Positions 48,601 through 61,212 of a stretch of 64,000 bases of DNA are shown here, piece after piece. The DNA comes from Neoechinorhynchus agilis (Eukaryota > Animalia > Acanthocephala): positions 4,132,784 to 4,196,783 of the forward strand of contig CM121341.1 of NCBI GenBank assembly GCA_051530055.1, given 5' to 3'. Each line of letters starts with the position of its first letter. The first letter of the stretch is position 1. The translations under genes and the position numbers were made by a program. Under the pieces are notes generated by a model. That model saw only the letters and a program-made list of their open reading frames with translations. It did no database searches and had not been told where the DNA came from.

Positions 48601-49233
48601 AGGGAAATCAGTTCATTCTGCCCTTACAGAGGTTTACTCCAATTTTTCCTGCTCTAACCAGCCCATGCGACCCATTCATGCCGTGAACATTTCTCAAGCT
48701 TTTGATAAGATTTCCCTTTCTTTTATTATTGAAATGCTTGAATTTTTCAGTCTACCTCACAATTTAATTACATCCTTTACTACGAAGACGACGCCTCAAA
48801 GACGATTTACTACCCGTCCAATGGTGTTCCGCAGGGGTCGCCTCTGTCACCTATTCTCTTCCTTATGGCATCACAATACTTGATTCAGAATTTTAAAGTT
48901 CGGGCCTCGCTCACCTGCTACGCGGATGATTTTACTTTTGTCATCTCCACCCACAGAGCAGCTAGAATGAAACTCCTGATTGAGCAATGTATTGATTTTC
49001 TTAACTCCTTTTTACCTAAAATGAACTTTTCGTTGAATAAGTCGAAATGTTTATGCATTTTTAAAGTTCGCTCAAGCAGAATTAGGAAAGATTTAAAATC
49101 CTTTTTCAACAATTTAATGAACAACCCTGGCACATCTTCTTCAGGTTTTAGGAATACACCCCTTAAGATTGAAATATTGTTTCACACCTTTACTGCTGAT
49201 CTCTCGCATAGATTAGATTTGAATAAAATGAAA
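45692..49233 (+). repeat. Segmental duplication copy B of 32456-36074
   Basis: Near-identical sequence with small indels (e.g. 12-bp deletion at ~47808, 2-bp deletion at ~48078). Confidence 0.97.
47222..48430 (-). pseudogene. Second copy of the candidate endogenous viral element
   Basis: Same reading frames as 34045-35265 with independent indels. Confidence 0.4.
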
Positions 49234-50290
49234 AACCAATTGCAAGCAGAATGCGCAGCTTTAATCTTTTAGCCACATCATCATTAATAAATGAACAGAT
49301 GCTAGCTGAATAAATTATTGCAAGCAAACGATGACCCTGAATTATAATAGGAAGAGAAACATCGTATAAAGAATTCAGAATAGGAGATTTGTCTTTGACT
49401 CCTACTGCAGCGGAGCAGAAATCGATGGCGGCAGAGAGTTTATCTTCTTGATTGTTTTTCTTTGATTGGCCCATTGCTCACCAGTGCCCTTTTTTCCCGC
49501 AATTAGTGCAATTCGATTTTTTGCTGGGCATTTGTATCGCGGGTGGCGTGGCTTCCCACAAAGCCAGCATTTCCTTGTGGTAACTTTTATCACCGCCACT
49601 TGATCTTCATTTTCCATCTTGTCCGGTTCTTCTTTGCTCTCGATCGCAGCTACTGTAGAAAACGTCGGACTCAAACAAAGATCTGCATTTCTCTGAGCGC
49701 TTTCTAAAGATTTCAATTTTAAAACTGCCTCGCCCAGAGATAGATCGTCCTTTTCTAACAGTCGTTGTCGGATTAATGGCGATGATATTCCAGCAAGAAA
49801 AGAGTCGCGAACTAACTCTAATCTGTATTCTTCCGGAGGTACCGCTTTCAACTGACAGCCTCTGCTGATCAGGTGGAGGGCTTGAAGGTATTCATCTATT
49901 GATTCTGACGGCTTTTGTGTTCGGGTAAACAATGTGAACCTCGAGAATATCGTATTCTCCTTTTTTAGTGTAATAACCATCAAGAATTTGGATCGCTTTC
50001 TCATAAGTGTCAACTTCGGCAACTAATTCATAAACTGTAGGAGAGATAAATCGTACCAGACATTTGAGCTTGTCTACTTTCTGATCCTTGATCGAAGCAT
50101 TTGTTTCCAGTGTCTGTAATCTCGTGATGCCAAAGTAGAATTAGGTTCTGTTTGTAATTTGTCTGGTTGTAAGATTCGGTCCATTGCAAGTTGATTAAAT
50201 TGTGGTGAAACCGGAACAACGGGTTTTAATCAACTTGTAACTTTGCTACAAAAATGCACACACACACACGACCACCACAATAACAATCGA
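49234..50290 (-). mobile_element. Gypsy LTR retrotransposon 5' part: LTR fragment, gag, start of protease
   Basis: gag start MDRILQPDKLQTEPNS at ~50184; RTQKPSESIDEYLQAL, LVRDSFLAGI, IRQRLLE, CWLCGKPRHPRYKC; LTR-like block from 50201. Confidence 0.85.
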
Positions 50291-50291
50291 T

Positions 50292-50630
50292 TCACGCCAT
50301 CACGCATTTTACGTCAGAAGGCCTGCGACGACTCTGGTTCCCACGGGACTGTGCTGTTCTTGACCTTGGGGTAACTGAACGCGGCCATTCAATTTTAGCA
50401 ATTGATAGATGGTCGTTACAATATTGACGTGCTTTACAGAGCGTCTCTGTATAGCGAACGCCCAGACCACCAGACAACATCAAATGATGCCAAGACGATG
50501 CAGACAATCCGCGATGGGCTACGAGCGCATTCAAGAATGAGAGATACGCCTCATTGGAAACTACTGGTGCAGAAAGCTGCGGGCGGCAATCTGAAATATG
50601 TGAGGTGGTGAGACACAAACAGGTCACAAC
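50292..50630 (-). mobile_element. CRE-like fragment (post-RT region)
   Basis: SWHHLMLSGGLGVRYTETLC resembles the CRE W..A.LP...GGLG.R motif. Confidence 0.5.
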
Positions 50631-50649
50631 ATCCGCGAATCCACTGGCT

Positions 50650-51340
50650 CATCCCTCTTGTTGTTGATGAGGTGCATCCTCACTCATCCTCCGATTCGAA
50701 CCCATCGTCTGTACCGAAATCACTAAATCCACCGGGTCTTGGGCTTTTTAAATGATCTCGATACAGAGGTTCACCTCGCCATCACGATGGCACTGCGAAT
50801 GGTGTTCCGCCCATGAACACTGGGGTTAAGCGCATTACGAACATGTTCCGTGTAACTCGTTTTACAGCGGTCGCTGCTCCGTCCTCCCCCAATGAATGTG
50901 ATATAACGCCATTTCCTTTTTCTTTGCAACGTTCGCAGGCCAGGAAATCTTATTTTCAATCTTAATAAATCTTTTATAATTCCGCTCACTAAATCTTACA
51001 GCCCAAGGAAATCTCTTGCCCTTCTATTGCTTCATGATGTCTCCGGTGTACCAGGCGAGCATCCAGTCCCGCTCTTCGCAGCAGTCTATGTCGTTCGTGA
51101 ATTGCTCGCTGACGAATGGAATCTTCAGAATGGGCTTTAACTTTTGCCGATTCCTCTCGAAATCATCAACCATTCGCTGTCTAACCTTTTCCGAGCGTAA
51201 TTGAAGTCTTCTGATCTTTTGACCTGGCTATCCATTCTGAACCAACGTTTCATTTGTGTGGTGATTACAACATAGTTGTCGTTGTCTCTTTCTGACGGAA
51301 GCTCTCCGGTAATTTGCTTATCAAATCAGCGTCCATGATA
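50650..51340 (-). mobile_element. Penelope-like remnant (thumb, linker, GIY-YIG)
   Basis: LVQNG*PGQKI, ILKIPFVSEQF, LLRRAGLDARLV, TEHVRNALNP. Confidence 0.6.
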
Positions 51341-51349
51341 ATAATCATC

Positions 51350-52470
51350 AAGTTCCTTAGGATTGAGTACAGACTATCATATGCTTGCTTCTAGCAGTTG
51401 TTAATATTGTGATAGGCTCCGTAAGAGTTCGGATATCATTGACACCAACTTTTATTAATAATAGCAACGGTTGAGCTTGGGTCTGGGCGAACAATATCCG
51501 AGTTTTATAAGTCCAGAATGTATACAACTTTAAGCTCACCGCCTTTATCGATGTTTCGTCTTTTCACGAGCGTCGGGGTCACCAATGTATTCGACAAAAC
51601 CCAATTTGGTTTTAGTTCTATCAATCCTGTAGTCATCAGTGCAATCTTTCATTTGAAGTTGTCTTCGAAATTATTCCTATCAATGGCTTCGATGATTATC
51701 AAAGATCCGTAGACTTCTGTTGCATGTATTAGCTCTTTGCCGGACTTTGCTTACGTCACGCGACTTTTTATTTTTCTTTGGGCACCTTTTTTCGTTCAAT
51801 AGAGCGATCCACCAGCTAATGTTCAGCACTTTTAAACGTCCAATCATCCAACAAATTGCACGTTTCGTCAACAACAATTACACTCAGTTAACAACAATTA
51901 AATAATAATCATCGTCAGTTATTTTTTTAAAGCTTCTTCGATGAGCCTCGTAGAACGTTTATCCAGGCTGAATGAGTGATACTGAGTGTTTAATTTAATC
52001 AAATCCCTCAATTTATTAATGCTGCCTTTATTTGTATTCAAGGGAACCAGCGCTAATAGATTTGGATCAAGCGTGGGAAACGTTAGTGTAACGTTTTCAT
52101 TGAAAATGTCAAGTCAGCATTTTAGTTGAAATTTTTGCACAAAATTTGATTAATTTTCTTTTTTGGCTTGAAAATGATATGAAATTAATTGGTAATTTTT
52201 GTGTGCTGTTATTGAACCTTGCCACGCAACGTGACCACAATTCGAACAATTTTTGGCCGTTCTTGTACATTTGTCGCAACAGTAATTTAAGGAGCAATAA
52301 TGGCAGACTGTTTTTAGTGAGAGACTTCTGCGCCCATTAACATTATTTTTGGCATCCAGAGCAACGAGGGTAGTGGTAGTCATCTTGTCGTGATATTTCG
52401 TTACCGTTAAATTGGACTGCTATTCCCTGAAAGCAACTGTTACAACTAATGATCGTCACCTTGTTTCCTT
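51350..52470 (-). other. Unidentified decayed Cys-rich coding remnant
   Basis: Across frameshifts: CNSC, CSGC, CHYCSLNYCCDKC, CSNCGH; later VIVVDET-like segment. Confidence 0.4.
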
Positions 52471-55400
52471 CTAAGCGATCCTTAAGGTCCTACCTTTCAG
52501 CAAGAGTTTTTCCATAGGAAATAAGATTTTTTTCTCTAATGCAACTTTCATCAGGTTTGAAGCAGTCATCAAGAACCACATAATCTTTTTCACATTGTCT
52601 TTAATTCTCATCAATAAAGCAAAAGTGGGACAGATTACCTGATAGCTGCATTCCTGTTTTAAACTTATCACGCAGTCTTAACCCTTCCAATTTCAACAAC
52701 CCATTGGAAGAGAAGGAGAATTGCTGCTTAGCAATGGCGTCAGACGAGATCCAACCTGACGAGTAAAACTGTCTGAAATGTCTATTCTTGAGTGAGGAGA
52801 GCAATGCTATGCGTCTAGAGGCGCGCCAGTCCAGATTCTCAACTAACTCACCTTGACCATTCAGAGCATCCAGTTCTTTACAGAACGCAGCACAAAGTTT
52901 CTGATTACGTGAATTCAATCCGTACGCTAGAGCTCGCAGCATAGGTTGATTGTTGCGATGAGAGTAACATAAGCCCATCAGCCTTTTCTTGGAAGTACCG
53001 ATCTTATTAAGCAGGAAGTGGGCCCGGACCCCTTCGGATCTTGTGGTTTATTTCTTCGGATTTCTCGTTAATGGTCGTGGCCCCAACGAACGCACTATCG
53101 TACTTGAAGTTTCGTATGGCGGCCTTCATATCACGAGTGAATGAACCGGTTTTGTTAGTGGGAAGATATGTGTTGTGATTTCTATATCTGTCTCTCTTAT
53201 CCACTTGGACGTACTCTGCCTGACCCAGAGTTGCCATAGCTCTACTCACATAAGCTAAGAATGCAGTACCCAGATCGACGGGGCAATTCGGTAAAGAATC
53301 CAGATCCAAATCATCGCGATAAGTAGTCATAATAGGAAGATCGTCCAGATGCGCTGTCGCTCGGATTTCTTCAACAACGGTTTCTATCAACGACAGACTG
53401 GAATCTATCTTAACTTGGGCATCTCGCAGATCATCTAGGACTTTGGTCAAAACGCGGTCTCGCGGGCGTTTGGCAAGAGCTTCTCGCGCAGATTCTACCT
53501 GCTTTTCATTTTCAGACATGAGATCGTTGAAGTAGGTTTTCTTTTTGGCCAATATCTTCTCTACTGCTATACGAAATTTCGCTCGGGACTTGGCAGGACT
53601 AGGACTGTAAAGTAAATCGGCTGGAGACGCTTCTATGGTTCGAATGGTAGCAAGTAGTTCATCCTGCGGTGTTAGAGTTTCTTCTGACAAAACTGATCGG
53701 CCAAAGCTAACATCATGCGAAGGCTTAATCATGGCCTGGTCGTCTGTCTGAGGATCCATTATAGGGATCGGGAGTTCCGGTCCGGTGACCATGTCGACAG
53801 TATCAGGAATAATGGAAGCTAGAGTTGCCGGCATAGACACGCCGAGAGCAGTAACTACTGCACCTTTTTCAAGCTCGCATTCGGGTAGTATCTTAAGCTT
53901 GAAGAGTTGGGCCACGAAGAGGCAACGAATCAAGATGAGATTGGAGGTATTCCTTTTAATCTTTACGGTGTGGTCAGATTTGGTCGTCTCAAATATTTCC
54001 CTAACAGATAACTCGTCATCCATGTTCAAGCCAGAGAAAGCACGGTTGTACAGATAGTGAGCCCAGGCATGTGGATTTTTCCTCGACGTCGCCGTTAGAG
54101 CAATTTTACGTCGGCAATTCATGCAAGTTTTGCGCTCATGATTAACGTATATCGCGTAGCAGTCAGGCGGCGCAAGCGGCGTGTCGGGCGACAGAGCTAC
54201 TTCATAGTTATTGGGTGAATCGGATGTTAAGCAGCAAGGCTGCGCTATGTCTTTAAAGAAATCAAGATAAGCATTTAAGAAAATGTTTTGTTCGGATTGG
54301 GTCGCATCTAGTGGTATCGGAGCTAGCTGAAAACCACCCTGTCTTAGAGCGGGACTTTGGAGCGAGCAAACGTCCTCGTAGACTTTATCTGGGCGGCGCG
54401 AGATAATCGCAAGCGTATACTCAGTCAACTCTCTCAATCGATTGGTCGCTGGACGACATATGCCAAGAGCTAACCAATTTTTGGGATCACCGGTAGAAAG
54501 TGGCACGACGGCCTCAGGTATAGAAGACTCGACAACTGAAGTCTGCGGTAATTGGATTGTTGTCTCATCACTGGGAGTCGGTCCGAGCATGGCTGGCTCT
54601 ATAGTACAGGTGCCAAAACTCGACTTCTCATCTACAGTGGTACACGGTAGTGGTCTCTACCGTATACGTCGCCTGTGTTGGAAGTTTCGGCTCACGCTCG
54701 GCAATGGTCTTTGCCTTCAGCGTCGCCTCGGTGGTGGGTGTCTCTTTTACTTCGTCTATACAAGTGGCGCTAGCAGCGTTCCCAGACATACCCCGACCAC
54801 ACCTGGACTCATATCTAGACAGAAATTGGGCGTAGAGCTGTTCTCTTGTATAAGCACCTACACTGCGGAGCTGAGCGGTTGGATTAGGAGCGTCACGCAT
54901 GTAGCCTATCGGTTTTCTCGCTTTCGGGACCTTGGGGGACAAAGGTTTTCCCAACAGCGAAACACTAATATGTTCACAATCACTCCTAGCTATATTTACA
55001 TTGGGAGGTATCTGAGTAATGCTGCGACCAGTGTCCCGATCAGAGCGGATAGGAACGCCAAATACCGGTGTGTAACCAGGCATAAGTCGATTCCCAACCC
55101 TCTCGATTGGAACGAAGATACAAGCATTAATCAAACCCTCAAGATCACTAACATGCTGATATTCACGACAAATCCTATCTATAGTATCGACGTAAGGGAA
55201 ACAGCTAGTGAACTTCTATAGTATCGACGTAAGGGAAACAGCTAGTGAACTTTTGTCCCATCTCGTAAATCCGAGAGAGATTGTGGAGCTCGATTTATGG
55301 CAAAAGTTCGTGGTACTTGGAAGGTAATTGGAATACATGCCGCCTGGGCTGTTCCGCCTTGCTGACTTAAGAAGGGTTGAAGGATGTATTGAGAGAAGAT

Positions 55401-56340
55401 GAACTGTTACAGCAAGGAAAAATGGACGATCTTGTCTTGGATACGAATGGTCCTAAGAGAACCGTTGGCGTTTATACTTCGAATAACTAAATTTATCCAT
55501 ACTCCTTTAGCAGGTGGGGATTTTCTTACTAAACAAGCTCCCTTGAAAGGTGATTTTGATGGATTGACTCCTTTGTCTTTAACGAATACCTTCTTGTAGT
55601 CCGCAACCCTCAAAAAAGCATAAACTGCACCTCTCACAAATAGAGTAATTGCTTTAGATAAACTCCCCAAACGGTCGGAGTTCCTCTGATTGGTACAAAG
55701 ACGTTAGAACTGGAAACCGCGCGTCCGGTGGAAGTTCCTCGTACTGAGTCTGATATCTTGATTTATTGGAATGGATAAAATCAAGTCCTGGAGGAGCTTC
55801 GTTCAATAGCATAAACGTAAGTAACGGGGAAAAGCACTTTAGGGTTATGGCCCACGCAGGCGGCTTGCCGGACACAGCAGCGGCAAATGAGTCGTAGGTG
55901 GAACATTCTTGACCACGGCAAACCATGCATTGCTGCTCTTCTGACAGTGATAGCTGAGAGGAAGGAGCTCGCTGTGGAATTTAAGTTCCGCGGCTCAAAG
56001 ACCTTCGAAACATGGTAGTTTCCGAAGAAGAGTGAGGATTTCATACGTGGAAATTATGAGAGGTGAAGCTATGAAAACTGAGTTACAAAGTTGAGCATTG
56101 GTAGAGTTTAACATAGTCAAAAGTTCGGTGTTTGAGAGGTTAGAGAAAGGTTTTTGTCTTTCCATACATAGAGCATTTTTCGTATTTTCCCACCAGAAGC
56201 GAGTGGAAGAGGAGGTGAGTTTATGTGCAAGAAAAGTCTTGTGCGAGTTGAGAATGTGATGAGTCGTAGTATGCTTTATTCGCCTTCATTTGGCGTATTT
56301 TTTAAACAAGGGAACCTCAAAGGTGGGTTTCGGTTGGAAA
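52470..56340 (-). other. Unidentified ~3.9-kb decayed polyprotein-like region incl. intact 527-aa frame 54590-53007
   Basis: Consecutive co-oriented ORFs (55926-55654, 55670-55407, 55134-54628, 54590-53007, 52978-52601, 52671-52471) with short gaps or overlaps; no introns and no recognised domain. Confidence 0.6.
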
Positions 56341-56352
56341 AGCGAATGCTTA

Positions 56353-58847
56353 GGTCCGAGTAGCCTGCGGTGCAAAAAGGTTCGTGTTGTTGACCTAACT
56401 GATAGCTCTCTTAGAACGACAGAGAAGCATGTGATAGAAAGTGTTCATGATGGTGTGACGTAATTGAAAGCTCTGTGAGCTGGTCCGAGTAGCCCGCGGT
56501 GCAGAAGGGTTCATGTTGTTGACCTAATTTATAGCTCTCTTAGAACGACAGAGAAGCATGTGGTAAAAAGGGTTCATGATGGTGTGACGTAATTGAAAGC
56601 TCTATGAGGTGGTCCGAGTAGCCTGCGGTGCAAAAAGGTTCGTGTTGTTGACCTAATTGATAGCTCTCTGAGAACGACAGAGAAGCATGTGATAAAAAGT
56701 GTTCATGATGGTGTGACGTAATTGAAAGCTCTATGAGCTGGTCAGAGTAGCCTGCGGTGCAAAAAGGTTCCTGTTGTTGACCTAATTGATAGCTCTCTTA
56801 GAACGACAGAGAAGCATGTGATAAAAAGTGTTCATGATGGTGTGACGTAATTGAAAGCTCTGTGAGGTTGTCCGAGTAGCCTGCGGTTCAAAAAGTTTCG
56901 TGTTGTTGACCTAATTGATACCTCTCTTAGAACGACAGAGAAGCATGTGGTAAAAAGGGTTCATGATGGTGTGACGTAATTGAAAGCTCTATGAGGTGGT
57001 CCGAGTAGCCTGCGGGCTCATGTTGTTGACCTAATTTATAGGTCTCTTAGAACGACAGAGAAGCATGTGGTAAAAAGGGTTCATGATGGTGTGACGTAAT
57101 TAAAAGCTCTATGAGCTGGTCCGAGTAGCCTGCGGTGCAAAAAGGTTCGTGTTGTTGACCTAATTGATAGCTCTCTGAGAACGACAGAGAAGCATGTGGT
57201 AAAAAGGGTTCATGATGGTGTGACGTAATTGAAAGCTCTATGAGCTGGTCCGGAGAGCCTGCGGTGCAAAAGGTTCGTGTTGTTGACCTAATTGATAGCT
57301 CTCTGAACGACAGAGAAGCATGTGGTAAAAAGGGTTCAGCGATGGTGTGACGTAATTGAAAGCTTCCATGAGGTAATCGATGAGCCTGCGGGCTCATGTT
57401 GTTGACCTAATTGATAGCTCTCTTAGAACGACAGAGAAGCATGTGATAAAAAGGGTTCATGATGGTGTGACGTAATTGAAAGCTCTATGAGCTGGTCCGA
57501 GTAGCCTGCGGTGCAAAAAGGTTCGTGCTGTTGACCTAATTTATAGCTCTCTTAGAACGACAGAGAAGCATGTGGTAAAAAGGGTTCATGATGGTGTGAC
57601 GTAATTAAAAGTTCTATGATCTGGTCCGAGTAGCCTGCGGTGCAAAAAGGTTCGTGCTGTTGACCTAATTTATAGCTCTCTTAGAACGACAGAGAAGCAT
57701 GTGATAAAAAGGGTTCATGATGGTGTGACGTAATTGAAAGCTCTATGAGCTGGTCCGAGTAGCCTGCGGTGCAAAAAGGTTCGTGTTGTTGACCTAATTG
57801 ATAGCTCTCTAGATCGGAAGAGCAGCATGTGGTAAAAAGGGGTTCATGATGGGTGTGACGTGTAAATTGAAAGCTCTAAGGAGGTCTGAGTAGGCCATGG
57901 TGCAAAAAGGTTCGTGTTGTTGACCTAATTGATAGCTCTCTTAGAACGACAGAGAAGCATGTGGTAAAAAGGGTTCATGATAATGTGACGTAATTAAAAG
58001 CTCTATGGGCTGGTCCGAGTAGCCTGCGGTGTAAAAAGGTTCGTGTTGTTGACCTAATTTATAGCTCTCTTAGAACGACAGAGAAGCATGTGGTAAAAAG
58101 GGTTCATGGTTGTGTGATGTAATTGAAAGCTCTATGAGGTGGTCCGAGTAGCCTGCGGTGCAAAAAGGTTCCTGTTGTTGATCTAATTGATAGCTCTCTT
58201 AGAACGACAGAGAAGCATGTGGTAAAAAGGGTTCATGATAATGTGACGTAATTAAAAGCTCTATGGGCTGGTCCGAGTAGCCTGCGGTGCAAAAAGGTTC
58301 CTGTTGTTGACCTAATTGATAGCTCTCTTAGAACGACAGAGAAGCATGTGGTAAAAAGGGTTCATGGCTGTGTGATGTAATTGAAAGCTCTATGAGGGCT
58401 GGTCCGAGCAGTCTGCGGTGCAAAAAGGTTCCTGTTGTTGATCTAATTGATAGCTCTCTTAGAACGACAGAGAAGCATGTGGCAAAAAGGGTTCATGATA
58501 ATGTGACGTAATTAAAAGCTCTATGGGCTGGTCCGAGCAGCCTGCGGTGCAAAAAGGTTCCCGTTGTTGACTCAATTGATAGCTCTCTTAGAACGACAGA
58601 GAAGCATGTGGTAAAAAGTGTTCATGATGGTGTGACGTAATTGAAAGCTCTATTAGGTGGCCCGAGTAGCCGGCGGTGCAAAAAGGTTCGTGTTGTTGAC
58701 CTAATTGATAGCTCTCTTAGAACGACAGAGAAGCATGTGGTAAAAAGGGTTCATGATGGTGTGACGTAATTGAAAGCTCTATGAGGTTGTCCGAGTAGCC
58801 TGCGGTGCAAAAAGGTTCGTGCTGTTGACCTAATTGATAGCTCTCAT
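56353..58847. repeat. Tandem satellite, 129-bp unit, ~19-20 copies
   Basis: ggtccgagtagcc recurs at 56353, 56482, 56611 and 56740 (variant). Confidence 0.97.
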
Positions 58848-59099
58848 ACGTCTTGACGGAAACCCGATAACTACTATTCCGCCATCTACTACAACCGAGC
58901 CTAAATAATATCCATAAATGGAACAGAGTAAATATATTAAATGATGCTTAAGTGTAGATTTGGGCACTAAATTCATGAAATCGCGTTACCAAGGTCAAAA
59001 GGACTTCGAAATCAATAAGCATACAATAACAATCCAATGCTATGCTCACCAAAGATCCTTCTAAAGCAAAATCACTTACTCCATTCTCTTTTTCCTCTC

Positions 59100-60960
59100 C
59101 TATTTTTCTAACATTCCATACAACGTATCGAAAATCCCTACGGCCATTCATTTTATTTCCATTGCTGCATTAAATCTTTGCCGTTTACTTTAATTTTAAG
59201 TTGATTTTAATTAATGTTAGAATTTTTGAATGTGATTTGATTCGATTTTTTTCATGTTCCAACAATTGGTACAAACATAGAATTATTATCGCTAAAGTCA
59301 ACGAACTTTATTATTATTTTATTATTTAAGAGCGCAGCATACAAATTCGCTCAAAACAAAAAAGGAGTTATGAATTCCAAGCTATTCCATCTTGTTCTCG
59401 TTGCAAATATTCCCGACTCTTCCGTTTGGCTGATCTCGGAGCCGAAGAGACCAGGATTAAGTAACAAAACAATGAAATAACAAAAGGAATATCTCCCGCG
59501 AGATATTCCGGCACGCTCTGCAGTCTTATATGAATCGGGATATCCCTCCCCAGATTTTTAATGAATGGTAGCGGCCAAATAACAAAAGTTTGGGATATAC
59601 AAATTATGAATAATGTGGAAATGGATAGATAACGAAAATATAGAATAACAAACGGTTCATATGACTATCTGTCTTATTTTTGTGTCCTTGTTTTGTAAAA
59701 GATTTTTTTAATATCGTATGAATTCATTTTGTGGATTACCTCTAAAATCTATTTAGCATCTGAGATACTTACTTTCTTGATCATTGCTCCATCTCTTTTC
59801 ACCATTCGTATATCGTGCCTGTTGGCAATGATAAAACATTCTTTAAAATTTTGGTTAAAAAATCTTCCATAGAAAAACTTCAATCGCTCTTTCACACTAA
59901 AAGTTTTATTACATTATTTACTTTTTTAATAACATTTTTGGCAAAAGTTAGCCTAAGGTCCGGTGGTCTACCTCTGCCAAAAGAGAAAACCGCCTCAAGA
60001 GGTTTTAAAAGTAGTCTGAGGCCACATTGGAGTTTAGAATCGTTCTTTTGTTGCTAGCCGGAAAGTTGATAGATAAGACCCCGAAACAGTTTTTAACAGA
60101 GTAAGCATTGGTTAAATCATTTTCGCATAGTAGCGTAGTGAGTTTTGCTCTCAAACTCAGCGTCTTTGTTAAGGGGATAATTAAAGTTTTTTGTCTATTT
60201 ACAGCGAGATTTGCTCTCTTTAAAATGCAATCTAAGTTAATAAGAAGATCTCTAATAAGATTAATAAGCTTTTCCTTTTTTATTAAAAACTAAGAAAAAT
60301 TAATCATCCGCATAGGTCCAATATTTACAATATTTCTTGTTTAATTGTTTTAAAATTTTAATCATTCCTATAAGGAAAAGAGCCATAAAATACGATTTTG
60401 ACTCAAATAAAAATTTGGTTAGTTTTTTAAGTTTTTAGGGATTCTTAAGCCATAGCCTCATAAATAAAAGTGCGATGAATCGCGTCAAATGCCTTGTTAA
60501 TATCTAGTTGAACAAGAACTTTATTTACTCCAATGATTTGATCTTTAAAACTTTGCAACTCGTATAACAAAGAGTTAACTCTCTTACCCGGGACAAACCC
60601 ATGAAAATTAGGTGGCATAAGATTTTTGTTAACTGAAAAAGTCATAAGTTTTTTATTAAGAACTTTCTCAATAATAGAAATTAACGGGTTTTGAATAGAT
60701 ATGAGTCTAACATCCCCAGGACTTGAAATTATTTTATCATTTTTGGGAATAATTATTTTCCGTACCTTATTCAGTAAATCCTGAAAAGATAACCTTCCAT
60801 TCCAATTTAGTAATATAAGTTCTTTATTAACCGAACTGACCACCTGAAGCACTTTGGGCGAGCAGGAAAGAGCGTCGTTGGCGTTAGAAACACCTCTACT
60901 CCATACTGACAAAATATCCTCTTTTGAAATTTCCATTGAGTCAATAATATTGTCGGGGAA
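59100..60960 (-). mobile_element. Decayed LINE RT (RGRPP family)
   Basis: KIIIPKND...DVRLISIQNP, FHGFVPGK, QLDINKAFD; FSFGRGRPP at ~59960. Confidence 0.85.
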
Positions 60961-61059
60961 CCAAGTGGGAGAGGAAGCGACTCCAAAAGATGTGAATTTT
61001 AAAACCGCTTTGTAACATCAAAACTGCAACCGGTTCGCATATCGAATTTATTTATTTAA

Positions 61060-61150
61060 ATCAAGTATATCAAATAAGTACTTATATAACACGTTAGATC
61101 ATTCAGTCCACTGCTCCGAATCACTCAGCTGCCGTTTTGGTGTAACGGTC
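61060..61150 (-). mobile_element. 3' tip of CRE-like element
   Basis: gaccgttacaccaaaacggcagctgagtgattc matches 3175-3215 and 23785-23830. Confidence 0.55.
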
Positions 61151-61212
61151 AGGGTTTTATCGCGTTGTACAGCCAAACGTATTTTTAACGTACGTCCATT
61201 CATTTTGCGTTT

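Noticed and set aside
53007-53040. RRGPGP as a 2A ribosomal-skip motif
   Set aside because: Lacks the D(V/I)ExNPGP consensus.
54442-55221. 259-aa plus-strand ORF as an ambisense gene
   Set aside because: It is antisense to the longer co-oriented minus-strand series and has no recognisable features; most likely a shadow frame.
57047-57397. 116-aa His-rich repeat ORF
   Set aside because: Chance open frame through satellite units; neighbouring units are interrupted.
57290-57900. Indel-rich satellite units as biologically distinct variants
   Set aside because: Clustered single-base indels look like local read or consensus error; cannot be judged without raw reads.
58948-59151. MNGRRDFRYVVWNVRKIG as the start of another LINE endonuclease
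   Set aside because: Only the WNVR motif fits; no downstream QET or GDFN motifs were found.
61115-61165. GCCGTTTTGGTGTAACGGTC as a tRNA 5' half or HDV-like ribozyme in the LINE 5' UTR (also 3175-3215, 9165-9200)
   Set aside because: The reverse complement is the coding 3' end of the CRE-like elements (ASVLSTVTP..QL), as seen at 23770-23830; no B-box or HDV fold.
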